This document shows, in pieces, positions 8,576 through 19,444 of a stretch of DNA of 41,149 nt (position 1 is the stretch's first letter; the number at the start of each line of letters is the position of its first letter). Source of the DNA: a virus (taxonomy: Duplodnaviria; Caudoviricetes); the IMG/VR virus record IMGVR_UViG_3300032221_000083, positions 1 through 41,149 of that record. One strand, 5' to 3'. Under the pieces are notes generated by a model that ran no database searches, was not told the DNA's origin, and was given only the letters and a program-made list of their open reading frames with translations. The position numbers and the translations under genes were made by a program.

Positions 8576-9705
8576 TGTTCGATTTCGCCGGTATGATCGC
8601 GGCACAGAACCAAGCAGCCCAAGCCAATAAGATGCTTGAACTAGGGCAGCAACAGCTTGCTTGGGCAAAAGAACAATACGAGAAAGACCGTGCAATTACA
8701 GAGCCTTTGATCAAGGCGCTAACCGAGAGCACGACCCAATCTTTAGCGTTCGCAAAAGAACAAAAAGATTTTTATGATAAAGTCTACAAACCATTAGAAG
8801 AAAAGTTTGCAGAGACCGCCGCCGATTGGGCTTCCCCAGAACGGAAAGAAAAAGAAGCCGCTCGCGCTCAAGCTACTGTAGCCCAGCAGTTTGATATCCA
8901 GCGCAGCAATGCTGAGGCGCAGCTTAAAGATTTTGGCATCAATCCAAACTCGGGCAAATACATGTCCACCCTCATGCAGTCGCGCGTTGCACAAGGCGCG
9001 ACTGCGGCAGGCGCAGCGGAGACTGCTCGGTACCAGACCGAGATGACTGGCCTTGGCCTACAGCAGCAGGCGATTGCTACTGGTCGGGGGTACCCCGCTG
9101 CGATTAATCAGACAACTGCTACTGGGCAGGGAGGCGCGCAAGCTGGTATTCAAGGTCAGTTAGCCCAAACAGCTTCTGGCGCGGCCACAATGGGAACTGG
9201 GCCTCAGTACTACGGTCTGGGCAATCAGGCTCTTGGTATGTGGGGCAATCAAGCTCAGCAAATGTTTAATACTCAGTATCAGGGGTATATGCAGGAACAG
9301 TCTAAGCCTTCGACGTTGGGTATGATTGCTGGTTTGTTTGGTGGCGCTGCTGCGACCGCTGCTGGCGCATATGCTGGTAGGAAATTTGCCCATGGCGGCG
9401 TAGTTGATCACTACGCTGATGGTGGAGATGTTACACCGGGCGGAGCAGTTCCGGTTGGCGCTTCTCCCACGCGCGGTCAGGTTGAGGATGATGTCCCTGC
9501 TCAGCTTACCGCAGGTGAGTTCGTTCTCCCTAAGGACGTTGTATCTTGGATTGGTGAGGAACGGGCGCATCAGATTATCGATAAAGCGAGGAAGGCTAGA
9601 GATCAGCTTACCTCGCAAACTGGCGCTGTCCCTTCTAGCGGCCCGGCCCCGGACCAACAGCCTTCTTTCGTTTCTCGGCCACAAGCCGCCTTACCGGTGG
9701 GGTAA
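8572..9705 (+). CDS. internal virion (ejection) protein
   Basis: Ala/Gln/Gly-rich helical body; C-terminal ADGG...DDVPAQLTAGEFVLPKDVV domain. Confidence 0.7.
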   Translation: MMFDFAGMIAAQNQAAQANKMLELGQQQLAWAKEQYEKDRAITEPLIKALTESTTQSLAFAKEQKDFYDKVYKPLEEKFAETAADWASPERKEKEAARAQATVAQQFDIQRSNAEAQLKDFGINPNSGKYMSTLMQSRVAQGATAAGAAETARYQTEMTGLGLQQQAIATGRGYPAAINQTTATGQGGAQAGIQGQLAQTASGAATMGTGPQYYGLGNQALGMWGNQAQQMFNTQYQGYMQEQSKPSTLGMIAGLFGGAAATAAGAYAGRKFAHGGVVDHYADGGDVTPGGAVPVGASPTRGQVEDDVPAQLTAGEFVLPKDVVSWIGEERAHQIIDKARKARDQLTSQTGAVPSSGPAPDQQPSFVSRPQAALPVG

Positions 9706-9708
9706 GTT

Positions 9709-12369
9709 ATGAGTTCACTCGCTGCAGGATTTATTCAAGGCTTCTCCGCTGGCTCATCTGCCGCCTCTACTGGTTTCCAAGCTGGTGCGCGTCAGGCATA
9801 TTACGAGAAACAGGCTGCGCATGATAAAAAATTGGAAGATATTGCTGATGCTAAGCTTAAGGCATACACAGAGAGCCTTCCTAAAACTAGAGATTACGAA
9901 ACAGAAGCAGAAAGAGCTATTCCAGATAGCTCTGTAGAAAACACTGGCGGCGGGGCTGATTTCAGCGCTAACGCCATGTCGCTTCATCAGCGGCTCATGG
10001 ACACGTATAAGCTATCCCCCGAGGTCGCTGACGGTGTTGTTGGTTCTGTTACAGGTGAAAGCGGTCGCGGTTTAGACCCTAAAGCTTACAACCCTGATGA
10101 CGAAGGATCACCCTCTGGCGGCGCGTTTCAACATCATCTAAGCCGTCTCGATAACTTAAAATCTTTTGCTAAACAGTCGGATGTCCGCAAGATACCGTAT
10201 AAAGCGCAAGAAGATTTTGTCTTCGATCAAGAACTTAAAAAAGACTATAGCATTGTAGGTAAAAACCTGCAGTCTATTCAGGCTAAGTTAGACACTGGCA
10301 AAATAACAAAAGAAGAAGCTAGAACTGAAGCGGCGCGCGTTTGGACGAGGGATTTTGAAAACCCTAAGAACTGGGAAGCAAAAGCTAAAGAACGTACACG
10401 GTTCGCCCAGAACTTTACAAACTGGCGTATGGCAAAGGCAGGCGACACAGGTGCACCGAAAACTGTGGCGCGCGATGAGGGGCAGCCCGAAGTTCCTCCG
10501 CAAACGCGAGTTGCCGCATTGCCGACAATGCTCGAAGCGCCAGAACCTATACCGGAAGAGAAAACATACTCTGCGCCTCAAGGAAAAGCCCCGTTTGGTG
10601 GTGGCATCCGCACCGCTGCAAGTCAACAGCCGCAGCAGCCAGCTGTAGGCGGTGCGCCACAGAAGCCGAAGAACATGTCTCCTTTTGGTTGGGGCGACTA
10701 TTTACCAGAGGAAGGCGCAGAAGGGTTTACGCCTAGTTCTGAAGGTGAGGCTGGATACCCGACTGGTTCTTTCACTCCTGCTCTTGCTATGGGCGGAGGA
10801 GTTCAAACACTTCCTCGTCCTACTATGAAATATCGTGCGGGCGGTGCAGTTCCGGAACTGAAGCAGAAGTTTCAATTTGGTGGCTACAGCGATGAAGTTG
10901 ATCCCACCGCTGATACTTACTACAGCGACATGCAAGACCGGGCGAAAACCCAGTCTGAATATAATGATGTGACATCTGATCTTCCCCCAAACGCGCGGAG
11001 CATGATGGCGACGACTGCTCGTCCAGCACCTGAGAAAATTACTGGTGCGGAAGGCGTTAAAGACGCGCTTAATGGGGGCTTGGACTTCTTGCAGAATGTG
11101 TTTGGGTTGAAGGGCGGCGACACAGCGGTCCCTCAGAATGATCCTCAGAAAACAGACCGCGCTGCAGATATGCTGCGTGGTGTTGGCGCAAACACGCCCG
11201 AAGAGGGCGTAGCGATGGCGGATAAAATTGATCCTAAACGCGAACTAACGACTTCTCTTCGTAACGCTTTTGTTCTGCGTAAAGTGTACGAATTTTATCG
11301 TGATCGTGGAGAGCATGATAAAGCTCAGCAGGCGGCGGCTGAGTTTATCCAGCTATGTAATGTCGATGCACAACGGCTCGGCTCGTTGGGTGTCGCAGCT
11401 TCTCAAAACGGTGATTTTACTGGCGCTGCTAAAGCAGTGCAGTCTGGGTATAATCAAGCTCCTAACGGCGAAGAAGTTGTCATAAAAGTCAATGACCCTA
11501 AGACGGGCAAAGGCGAGATGATTACTTCTAACGCGGAGACGGGCAAAGAGATTAAGCGCGAACCAATAACCGGGGAAGAAATCGCAGCGAGAGCGGCAGG
11601 GCTGGTTAACGGTACTGGCTACTATAAAGCCATGGTAGAAGCTGCCGGTAATAAACTTCCGCAGCGCAAAGAGACCAGCTACGATAAAAGAGCCGGTACC
11701 CTTAAGCAGTTCAACACGCTTATGGAAGAGGCTCCAATAGATTACACTCGTAAAGATTTACCAAAAACTTTGGAAGAAGCGCTTAGCCCTGAACAGAGGG
11801 CAGTGTATAATGAGCTTCCTACTTCTCGGCAGACATTCGAAAACAACCAATATTTGGTGCGTAGCGGGCAAAAATCAGTTTCTGGTCGGAAGTCTATGAG
11901 AGGCTCTGTCGAGGAGGCTCCTGCGGAAACGTATAATGCTGCTGTCGAAACACTTGATGCAGCCAAAGATAACGTCGAGAAGTGGCGTTCCGCCGCTAAA
12001 GAATTTCCTGAGAAGATGAATGAAGCTGGTAAAGCAGCTGCGATAAAAGCTGAACAGGATTACGCGAACGCTTATGATACTGCTAAACGAGCGCTTGGCC
12101 CCAATGCTAAAGAGTATATGGGCGGCAAGGACGCAATATATCCAAAGCCAACAGTCATGCCTCGGAAGGCTGTATCAGCTTCTGAGCCGAGAGTTGTCGC
12201 GGAAGATAAACCTCAATACTCAGACGGGCAGACTGCCACTCTGAAAGACGGAACGAAGGTAGTATTCTCTGGAGGAAAATGGAGGGCTGCTCCTTCATCT
12301 GCTCCCGGTGGGTTAATGCCTATTTCCGGTGGATCATTTACGAGCCGTCCTGAACTAATGGGGCAATAA
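9709..12369 (+). CDS. internal virion protein with phage tail lysozyme-like domain
   Basis: ADGVVGSVTGESG..LDP...GAFQH...R...AQEDFV..EL...AARVWTRDFENP lysozyme-like segment; C-terminal GQTATLKDG..VVFSGGKW motif. Confidence 0.7.
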   Translation: MSSLAAGFIQGFSAGSSAASTGFQAGARQAYYEKQAAHDKKLEDIADAKLKAYTESLPKTRDYETEAERAIPDSSVENTGGGADFSANAMSLHQRLMDTYKLSPEVADGVVGSVTGESGRGLDPKAYNPDDEGSPSGGAFQHHLSRLDNLKSFAKQSDVRKIPYKAQEDFVFDQELKKDYSIVGKNLQSIQAKLDTGKITKEEARTEAARVWTRDFENPKNWEAKAKERTRFAQNFTNWRMAKAGDTGAPKTVARDEGQPEVPPQTRVAALPTMLEAPEPIPEEKTYSAPQGKAPFGGGIRTAASQQPQQPAVGGAPQKPKNMSPFGWGDYLPEEGAEGFTPSSEGEAGYPTGSFTPALAMGGGVQTLPRPTMKYRAGGAVPELKQKFQFGGYSDEVDPTADTYYSDMQDRAKTQSEYNDVTSDLPPNARSMMATTARPAPEKITGAEGVKDALNGGLDFLQNVFGLKGGDTAVPQNDPQKTDRAADMLRGVGANTPEEGVAMADKIDPKRELTTSLRNAFVLRKVYEFYRDRGEHDKAQQAAAEFIQLCNVDAQRLGSLGVAASQNGDFTGAAKAVQSGYNQAPNGEEVVIKVNDPKTGKGEMITSNAETGKEIKREPITGEEIAARAAGLVNGTGYYKAMVEAAGNKLPQRKETSYDKRAGTLKQFNTLMEEAPIDYTRKDLPKTLEEALSPEQRAVYNELPTSRQTFENNQYLVRSGQKSVSGRKSMRGSVEEAPAETYNAAVETLDAAKDNVEKWRSAAKEFPEKMNEAGKAAAIKAEQDYANAYDTAKRALGPNAKEYMGGKDAIYPKPTVMPRKAVSASEPRVVAEDKPQYSDGQTATLKDGTKVVFSGGKWRAAPSSAPGGLMPISGGSFTSRPELMGQ

Positions 12370-15300
12370 TGGAACGCATGGAGTTTGACACGCTGCCGGA
12401 AGGCGCGGTCCTTGACGAAGCTCCAACTGCAGGGCGTTCCTCTGCTCCTATGGAGTTCGATACACTGCCGGAAGGCGCGGTCCTTGATGAGGCTCCGCCT
12501 CCTCAAACTACGCCTAGTTTTAATCGCTTACCCGGTGGCGCGCAGCTTGAAGTTTATGCGGGGGAAAAAGAGCCGAACATAGGAGAAGATTTTACTTCTC
12601 AAGCTTTGCACTCTGCTGACATAGCTGGTCGCGCTGCTATGCGAGGTGCGCGTTCCGCCATATCTGGCATTGAACAAACCGGACAGTTTATAAGTGATCG
12701 CGAAAAATACACTCCCGAGAATATCAAAGCTCGTCAGGTAGAAGACCCAGAACTTGATGCACTTCTCTCTAAAAAGGTAGGCGAAGGCTGGAGCGATCCG
12801 AATTGGTGGATCGGCAAAAGCGCCGAGATGCTCGCGGAAAGCTCTCCGATGTTGGCGGGTACTGCTCTTGGTACTACGGCAGGGACGGCGGCGGCTGGCC
12901 CTGTTGGCGCTATTGCGGGAGGTGCAGCAGGGACAGCTGTTGGCGCAATGATCCCAACACTGGGGCGTGCTTATTATGAAGCTCGGCACACAATGGAGCC
13001 GGATGAGGCTTTTGAGCAAGCATGGAAGCAGACTGGGATTGCTGGCGCTTTTGGCGCAGTTGCTGGCGCGCTACCCGGTGTATCTGTATTTGGGCGTACA
13101 GCTGAGAACGAACTGAAAGCCCCTATAAAGGAAGCCATCTTTCAGATATTTGGCGCGCAGCCAGCTACGGCAGTTGCTCAAACAGCTGCTTCAAATGTTG
13201 TTGCTGGTAGAGCAAATACAGCGGAAGACTTGTTCGAACCTGCTCTTCTCGGCGCTGTCACTGGCGCGGTACAGACTGGTGTTCATCGTGGGGCTGCGAA
13301 GGCATTTGGTAAGGAAGCACCTTCCATTGAAACGCCTCCCGGCGAGCCCCCACCGCCAGCGCAAGAACTTACCGCAGAAGGTAAAGTTGAGTTTGCACCA
13401 GAAGAAGTGAAACGCGAAATTCCGTCTGGCCCTCCTCCCGGAGCGTCTCCAGAAGACATTGACGCACATGTCGCTGAACTTATTAAACTGCATATCGGTG
13501 AGACCGAACCGAAGGTAGTGGATAAGATTGAGAAGAAAGTTGAAGCGGTTAATTTGGATGCGGTTGGAAACGACGCGACCAAAGGCTATCGCACTGGAAA
13601 CAATCCTCCTCCCAATGAAGAAGCTCCAGTTGGTAATGATATCAACCCACCTCGCCGGGATCAGGGAACGAAAGCTGCTACCGCCGCTGCCGGTACTGAC
13701 ACTCCTAGTACAAAAACTGGAGAAGAAGTCAGCACGGGTACGCGCCCGAGTGTAAAGCTGCCTGAGACAGATATTGTTAATTCGACGGACCCTGCCATAC
13801 GAGAAGCTATTGGCGTTCCTCCAATAGAGCCTCCTGCTCCTAGGATTAGCTTCAACCCAGAAACTAGCCGCCTGACTATTGGCGATTGGTCGATGGGAAT
13901 GAACGCTAGAGATGCAATATCTGTAACTGCCCCAGATGGGGAAACAGTTAATATCTACGACCGCACTGCTAGAAAGCATTATGGGCGTAGAGACGAAATT
14001 TACGCTGATGAGATGGAGGCGAACAATATACCTCCGCAACTGCGTCCAATTGTGGAGGCACATTTATCTGGTGAGCTAACGCCAGATAAAATAATGGCGT
14101 ACCTCAATAAACCTACTGCAGAGGCGGCAGCGGTACCAAAAGAGGTACCACCAGTACCACAAGCAGCTGAAGCTGCGCCAAAATTAACTAGGCTTCAGCG
14201 CAGCTTAGAGAATAAACGCTTATACGCAGAACAACAGGCAGCAAAAGAAGCTGCTCGTGTGGCGGCAAAGCAGGAGGCTCCCAATGTCGAAGAAGCTCCT
14301 GTTCAACCCGCTCCTCCTGTTGAGCCTGTTGCTCCTCCTGTATCTGCTACTGCTCCCGCTTCAGTTGCTCCTACGATTGAGCCGAAGGGTGGGGCGATAA
14401 AGCGCGGTCGGGGTCGTCCTAAAGGTGCGTTGAGAAATAAGGCAAAAACAGAAACGGAAGCTCAGAAAGCTCCGAAAGCTAAAGCTAAAAAGACTGAAGC
14501 TCAGAAAGCTGACGCTGACTTTGACGCGAAAATAAATGAACAGAATGCAAAAATAAAAGAAGCAAGCGAAAAACGTAAAGGCATTTTTTCTGTCGTAGCG
14601 TTAGCAGAAGCTCAAGCCAAAAAAGCTTCAGAGGCTCCTGCTGGCGCTGGCCCTAAAGCGTTTCCAATCATAGAGAAGGCTAAACGCCGTGGCGCTAAGA
14701 AACAAGAAGCTGCCCCTGCGCCAGAAAAACCTGTTACCCAAAAAGCTGCTGAAGCTCTTTCTGCGCAAGAAAATAAACCGCGTATCCTTCGGCCTGTCGC
14801 AGAGATTGAGCAAGAGAAAAAAGACCAAGCCCGGATATCGAAAGGTAATCGTGGCGTTCATAAAAACGAACCTCCGAATATGGAGGATAAGAACAAGCGC
14901 GCGGCATTCATACGCCGGGCTAGAGCAGCTATCCGCCAGAAAGGCGAAGAAGCTCCACAATACTACCGCGATGCTGTAGCGGCAGATGCTGAACCTGTTA
15001 AGCGCGGCAAGCAAGACGCGGCTGGCTTAGATCGTTTAAAAAAGATTGAGACAGCTTGGCAGCAAGAACACGAGGCTATTGGTCGTGGCGAAGAAGCCCA
15101 AGCTGTTGTTGGCGAGACAAAAGGTCAGGTAGAAAAGGCTATAACAAAAGCGGAAACGAAAGAAGAAGCCGCAGTAGAAACGGCGCTTGTTGCGAAAGAT
15201 AGAACCGCCGCTGCGATAGAGAAAGTTACAGACGACGAAATGACTAGGCTCCGGAAGAAATATCCGGAACTTGCAAGCCGTAGCGATGCCGAGGTTAGAG

Positions 15301-18300
15301 AAATTGCTGCTCTATACGGTGAGCAAGTAAAAGCACAAACCGCTCAGAAAGCTGGAAGGTCTGAAGCGTCTCGTAGCAGTGAAGCTCCTTTGTTCGAAGA
15401 CACAATGGCTCCTGCTAAAGAAGAAATAATTTCTGATAAACGTAGAGGTTCACGCACTGAGGATGAAATCCTCAATGAAATTCTCGCGCGTCTCGATGCC
15501 GGAGAAAGAATTGCTATCGCCCCTGAGAAAGGGCTTACCGTTAAAGGTAAGGATGGAAGCGCTCGTGTTACTTCTACAGAAAAAGCTGGACCTATTCTTG
15601 ATAGATTAGATTTTGATGGGGAGAAAGGTTTCTTCCGTCCGCTTTACGAGCTTCTCCGTAAGACTTTAAAGAGCGCAGCTGGCGACGTTGATGTCCACTA
15701 TGTCCCTGATGAAGAGTTTAAACGTATCGCTGGGCAGGAGAGTGGCGGCTTTCATTATCTGAAAGGCGACACAAGTTATATTGTGCTGCCTGAAAGCGCC
15801 AAAAATATGAGCGCTTCTGGGTGGCGTCATATAGTCATGCACGAAGTCATGCACGCTGCGTCCGTCAGCAAGTTGGCTTCCCTGTCTGAAAACCATCCCG
15901 TTCGGGTTAAACTGCGCGCACTCATGGATGAGTTCCTTGAGCGCAACCCTGAGTGGAAAGGCGAGCAAGCGTTTGAGAATGAACGTGAGTTCTTGGCTGA
16001 AACTTACGGTAACAAGAAACTCCAAGGCGCGCTCGCCAATATGGAGATCGGCGGCAAAGCTAGTTCTTTCGGTGGGCGCATACGTACAGCGTTTAATGAG
16101 ATTGCCAATACGATCCGGCAGATGTTCGGAATGCCGGAACGTGCTACGTCGATGCTCGAAGAGGTAATCAAAGTTAGTTCCGAAGTTATCGGCAAAGAGC
16201 GTGTCGCTAAAGAAACTATTAGCGATATATCTCGTAGTGAAAACGCTCTGAGTTGGGCTAAAGGTCAGTTGCTCGCAAAAGGTGTAGACCCGGCAACCGC
16301 TGATAAATTAATCAAAGCAATCAGCATGAAGATGACCAAGGGCATCACGAAGAAAGCCCTGCAGCCTATCGTCACTTCTCTAGCTAAGACCTATGGCAAA
16401 CCGCTAACTGGCCGACCCGGTTCCGCGCAAGCGGCTCCGACGCAACAGCAGCAAGCTCAAGCTCGCCTTGCGCAGAGAGGTCTGACGCTTGGGCCGAAGC
16501 CTACTCCTAAACCTCCTTCTGTTGGGGCTAAGACAAAACAAGTAATTAGTAATGTTGCGGCTAAACTTGGCATGACGACAGAACGGTTTGAAAAACTGCG
16601 TGAAGCTGGCATCGACTACAACCGTCCCGTGCAGCGGATACAGGAAGCTATTGAAAACGTAACGGGTAAATTGCCAGACCAATTAGATTTCTTCGGACTA
16701 AAAACAACTCTTGTGCCTAAGATCACTGGCAAAGTCCGTGATCTTCATGTGACTAAGCTGAAGGAAGCACAGGATATTTCTAAGGAAGCTAGAGCCGCTG
16801 GTATTAGCGATAAGCAGCTAAGCCGCGCCTTGTTGGCTTATGGCGCTGAAGAACGAAACACTGTGATCCAAGCTCGCGACCCTAGCATCACCGCTGGTTC
16901 GGGTATGTCCACAAAGAACGCTAGAAATTACCTAGCTGCTTTTGCTAACAGCCCAGTGAAGCAAGCAATTTTAGACCGCGCAGTTAAACTAGTTAAAGCG
17001 TTGGAAGATATAAAGTTAGATGCGTTAGTAGCTGGCGGGAATATATCTCCCGCAGAGGCAGCGCGGCTTCGCGCGACATATAAAAAGTATGTCCCGATGC
17101 GCGGCTTCGAAGACGAAGCGATAGCTGCTGCACATGCTCAAGGTAGAGATTTATTCCTTGCTCAATATGATATGGACGTCTCGGGACGGGATATCCGCAA
17201 GGCGGCTGGGCGTTCCACCCTTGCAGAAGACCCATTGCTGAATTTGTTTAAGGATACGGCTCGGGCAATCGAACGCGCAGAAACTAATATAGTCAACCAA
17301 GCCACGGCTGAAGCTATTCGTCTGGCCGGGTTCACGAAGAATGAAGGCGTCTATGTTGCTGAGAACTTAGCAGCCACGCCCGCCACCACTATTCGTGAAG
17401 CTATGCTTGACCCAGCAATTATCGGCTTCAAGGAGAATGGCGCTGATAAGTTTCTTGTCTTCACTGACAAGAATTTAGCTGAGGCTTTCCGTCGCGTATC
17501 GCCTCCCGCTGCGCACCTATCTGTTCGTACTAGCAACAAAGTGATGAACACTTTGAAAGCGGCTTGGACGCACTACAGCCCTGCGTTCCTCATTCGCCAC
17601 TTTGCTTTCCGTTATCCTATTGAGGCGATGATGAACCTCAAAGGATATAAGGAACAAGGATTAGACACCAACCCGCTCAAGTATCTTAACGATGCTCGTA
17701 AGGGGTGGGGTGATATCCGCCGCTATCTGCGGGGAGAGCCTGTCAAAGACCCTGCTATTGGCAAACTGATGAAAGAGTTTGAGGAAGCTGGCGGCGTCGT
17801 TCAGTTCCGAGAAGTCTCTGACACTTTCAGCTTGGCTAAAGAGTATGAGCGTTTGGTTAAGTCAGACCCTACTTTACTAACCAAGCTCAAAGAGTTCCAT
17901 AATAATTGGAGCGACTTCCTGACTTCAATGGATACGGCAGAGCGCCTAGCCATTTATAAACGGGCTAGAGACGCTGGCAAATCCAGTCACGAAGCTGCGC
18001 TCATGGCGCGAGACGCTACGGTAGACTTTGCTCGTCGTGGTTCAGCTTCTTCGCTGATATCAACATGGCTGGCGTTCGGTAACGTAGCCCTGCAGACAAC
18101 GGATCGTATGCTTCGTGCGTTCGGCAGTAGCAAATCTTATCGCCGTGCGATCTTCGGTATCATGGGTGGCGCTGCCGCTGTTGAGCTTATGAATTATATG
18201 GCGAACGACCCAGATGAAGATGGAACGCCGCTTATTGAGAAGGTGCCATCCTATGAGCGCATCCAAAACATCATCTTCTTAACGGGGCGCAAACCGAATG

Positions 18301-19127
18301 GCGACCCGAGTTATGTAAAGATACCGCTTCCTTATCCATTGTTTGGCGTATGGACTGCGGGTTCTGCGATGACCCAAGCCGCAATGCGGCATATCGGCGG
18401 CTCAAAGATGAGCAATAGTGACATCGGATCACGTATTTTCCATGGCGCGATGGAAACGCTTACCCCGTTCGGCAAGAATATAAGCAATCCATATTCTTTG
18501 ATTGCGCCAGAAGCTGTACGTCCTCTCGCTGAAGTGTTCCTAAACAGGGACTTTACCGGCGCACCGATCCATCAAGAATTTCCAAAACGTGGAGCGTTGC
18601 GTTCTGAGCAAGGCAAACCGAATACTGGTGAAGGATGGAAAGCAATTGCCCGTACCTTTGAAAGGGTTGGGCTTGATATGTATCCAGAAGATATCAAGCA
18701 TATCGTCAATCACTTTGCTGGTGCGCAAGAGCGTCTTGTCGCTGATGTCCCCGGTAACATTTCGGGCGTCGTAACTGGCAAATCGGAAGCTGCTAAAGCT
18801 GACCAAGGCCGTATCTTTAACCTAGAGAAAAAGGCCGAAGTCACAACCGCCACGCTTAAAGCTCTTAAAGCAAGAGATGAAGGTAAGTCATTATCGGCTC
18901 CAGAACGCACACTCATACAGGTAGCTGAACGCCGGAGTGGTATGACTTGGAAGCAATTGCTTGCTGTTAATAAAGAACGGACTGAGCGTAACAAACTCAG
19001 CGAAAAAGTTAATGCCGCAGAGGGCAAAGAAAAAGAACGGCTCGTTGGAGAACGGAATAAGTTCTTCAAACAGTCTCTGAAGAATTTTAACCGTATGGGA
19101 ATTACTGGCGGCATCGACCGTCACTAG
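12369..19127 (+). CDS. large polyvalent virion protein (zincin metallopeptidase, AT-hook, LPD38-like C-terminus)
   Basis: 2252 aa; HEVMH at 15840-15854 with downstream EFLAE; KRGRGRPKG at 14400-14426; DATVDFARRG...FGNVALQ...KIPLPY LPD38-like motifs. Confidence 0.75.
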   Translation: MERMEFDTLPEGAVLDEAPTAGRSSAPMEFDTLPEGAVLDEAPPPQTTPSFNRLPGGAQLEVYAGEKEPNIGEDFTSQALHSADIAGRAAMRGARSAISGIEQTGQFISDREKYTPENIKARQVEDPELDALLSKKVGEGWSDPNWWIGKSAEMLAESSPMLAGTALGTTAGTAAAGPVGAIAGGAAGTAVGAMIPTLGRAYYEARHTMEPDEAFEQAWKQTGIAGAFGAVAGALPGVSVFGRTAENELKAPIKEAIFQIFGAQPATAVAQTAASNVVAGRANTAEDLFEPALLGAVTGAVQTGVHRGAAKAFGKEAPSIETPPGEPPPPAQELTAEGKVEFAPEEVKREIPSGPPPGASPEDIDAHVAELIKLHIGETEPKVVDKIEKKVEAVNLDAVGNDATKGYRTGNNPPPNEEAPVGNDINPPRRDQGTKAATAAAGTDTPSTKTGEEVSTGTRPSVKLPETDIVNSTDPAIREAIGVPPIEPPAPRISFNPETSRLTIGDWSMGMNARDAISVTAPDGETVNIYDRTARKHYGRRDEIYADEMEANNIPPQLRPIVEAHLSGELTPDKIMAYLNKPTAEAAAVPKEVPPVPQAAEAAPKLTRLQRSLENKRLYAEQQAAKEAARVAAKQEAPNVEEAPVQPAPPVEPVAPPVSATAPASVAPTIEPKGGAIKRGRGRPKGALRNKAKTETEAQKAPKAKAKKTEAQKADADFDAKINEQNAKIKEASEKRKGIFSVVALAEAQAKKASEAPAGAGPKAFPIIEKAKRRGAKKQEAAPAPEKPVTQKAAEALSAQENKPRILRPVAEIEQEKKDQARISKGNRGVHKNEPPNMEDKNKRAAFIRRARAAIRQKGEEAPQYYRDAVAADAEPVKRGKQDAAGLDRLKKIETAWQQEHEAIGRGEEAQAVVGETKGQVEKAITKAETKEEAAVETALVAKDRTAAAIEKVTDDEMTRLRKKYPELASRSDAEVREIAALYGEQVKAQTAQKAGRSEASRSSEAPLFEDTMAPAKEEIISDKRRGSRTEDEILNEILARLDAGERIAIAPEKGLTVKGKDGSARVTSTEKAGPILDRLDFDGEKGFFRPLYELLRKTLKSAAGDVDVHYVPDEEFKRIAGQESGGFHYLKGDTSYIVLPESAKNMSASGWRHIVMHEVMHAASVSKLASLSENHPVRVKLRALMDEFLERNPEWKGEQAFENEREFLAETYGNKKLQGALANMEIGGKASSFGGRIRTAFNEIANTIRQMFGMPERATSMLEEVIKVSSEVIGKERVAKETISDISRSENALSWAKGQLLAKGVDPATADKLIKAISMKMTKGITKKALQPIVTSLAKTYGKPLTGRPGSAQAAPTQQQQAQARLAQRGLTLGPKPTPKPPSVGAKTKQVISNVAAKLGMTTERFEKLREAGIDYNRPVQRIQEAIENVTGKLPDQLDFFGLKTTLVPKITGKVRDLHVTKLKEAQDISKEARAAGISDKQLSRALLAYGAEERNTVIQARDPSITAGSGMSTKNARNYLAAFANSPVKQAILDRAVKLVKALEDIKLDALVAGGNISPAEAARLRATYKKYVPMRGFEDEAIAAAHAQGRDLFLAQYDMDVSGRDIRKAAGRSTLAEDPLLNLFKDTARAIERAETNIVNQATAEAIRLAGFTKNEGVYVAENLAATPATTIREAMLDPAIIGFKENGADKFLVFTDKNLAEAFRRVSPPAAHLSVRTSNKVMNTLKAAWTHYSPAFLIRHFAFRYPIEAMMNLKGYKEQGLDTNPLKYLNDARKGWGDIRRYLRGEPVKDPAIGKLMKEFEEAGGVVQFREVSDTFSLAKEYERLVKSDPTLLTKLKEFHNNWSDFLTSMDTAERLAIYKRARDAGKSSHEAALMARDATVDFARRGSASSLISTWLAFGNVALQTTDRMLRAFGSSKSYRRAIFGIMGGAAAVELMNYMANDPDEDGTPLIEKVPSYERIQNIIFLTGRKPNGDPSYVKIPLPYPLFGVWTAGSAMTQAAMRHIGGSKMSNSDIGSRIFHGAMETLTPFGKNISNPYSLIAPEAVRPLAEVFLNRDFTGAPIHQEFPKRGALRSEQGKPNTGEGWKAIARTFERVGLDMYPEDIKHIVNHFAGAQERLVADVPGNISGVVTGKSEAAKADQGRIFNLEKKAEVTTATLKALKARDEGKSLSAPERTLIQVAERRSGMTWKQLLAVNKERTERNKLSEKVNAAEGKEKERLVGERNKFFKQSLKNFNRMGITGGIDRH
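12378..12496 (+). repeat. duplicated MEFDTLPEGAVLDEAP coding unit
   Basis: Near-identical 47-nt units at 12378 and 12450 with synonymous differences only. Confidence 0.85.
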
Positions 19128-19136
19128 GAGATAGTT

Positions 19137-19274
19137 ATGCCGCTGAAAAAAGGATCGAGCAAAAAGGCGATTAGCCAGAACATTGCGACAGAAATCCGTG
19201 CTGGCAAGCCGCAGAAGCAGGCTATCGCTATAGCTTACTCCATGGCGCGCAAACCGAAGAAGGGGAAAAAGTAA
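19137..19274 (+). CDS. 45-aa basic protein (MPLKKG family), not in ORF track
   Basis: RBS TAGGAG; [45 protein letters not shown]. Confidence 0.8.
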   Translation: MPLKKGSSKKAISQNIATEIRAGKPQKQAIAIAYSMARKPKKGKK

Positions 19275-19444
19275 TGGCTAAGGCTGTCGCTAAAAATCCG
19301 GCGTTGTGGTCTCGCGTTAAGGCAGAGGCGAAAAAGAAATTTAAAGTTTACCCTAGTGCGTACGCCAACGCTTGGGCAGCTAAAGAGTATAAGAGTAGAG
19401 GCGGAAGTTGGTCCGGCGCAGACAATCGGGTGAAACGTGGCTAA
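19274..19444 (+). CDS. 56-aa basic protein (DUF5872-like, N-terminal part), not in ORF track
   Basis: [46 protein letters not shown]; TAATG coupling. Confidence 0.75.
   Translation: MAKAVAKNPALWSRVKAEAKKKFKVYPSAYANAWAAKEYKSRGGSWSGADNRVKRG

Noticed and set aside
13191-14063. 290-aa antisense ORF and the many other shadow ORFs in the track
   Set aside because: They lie opposite or within well-supported genes and show no recognisable motifs
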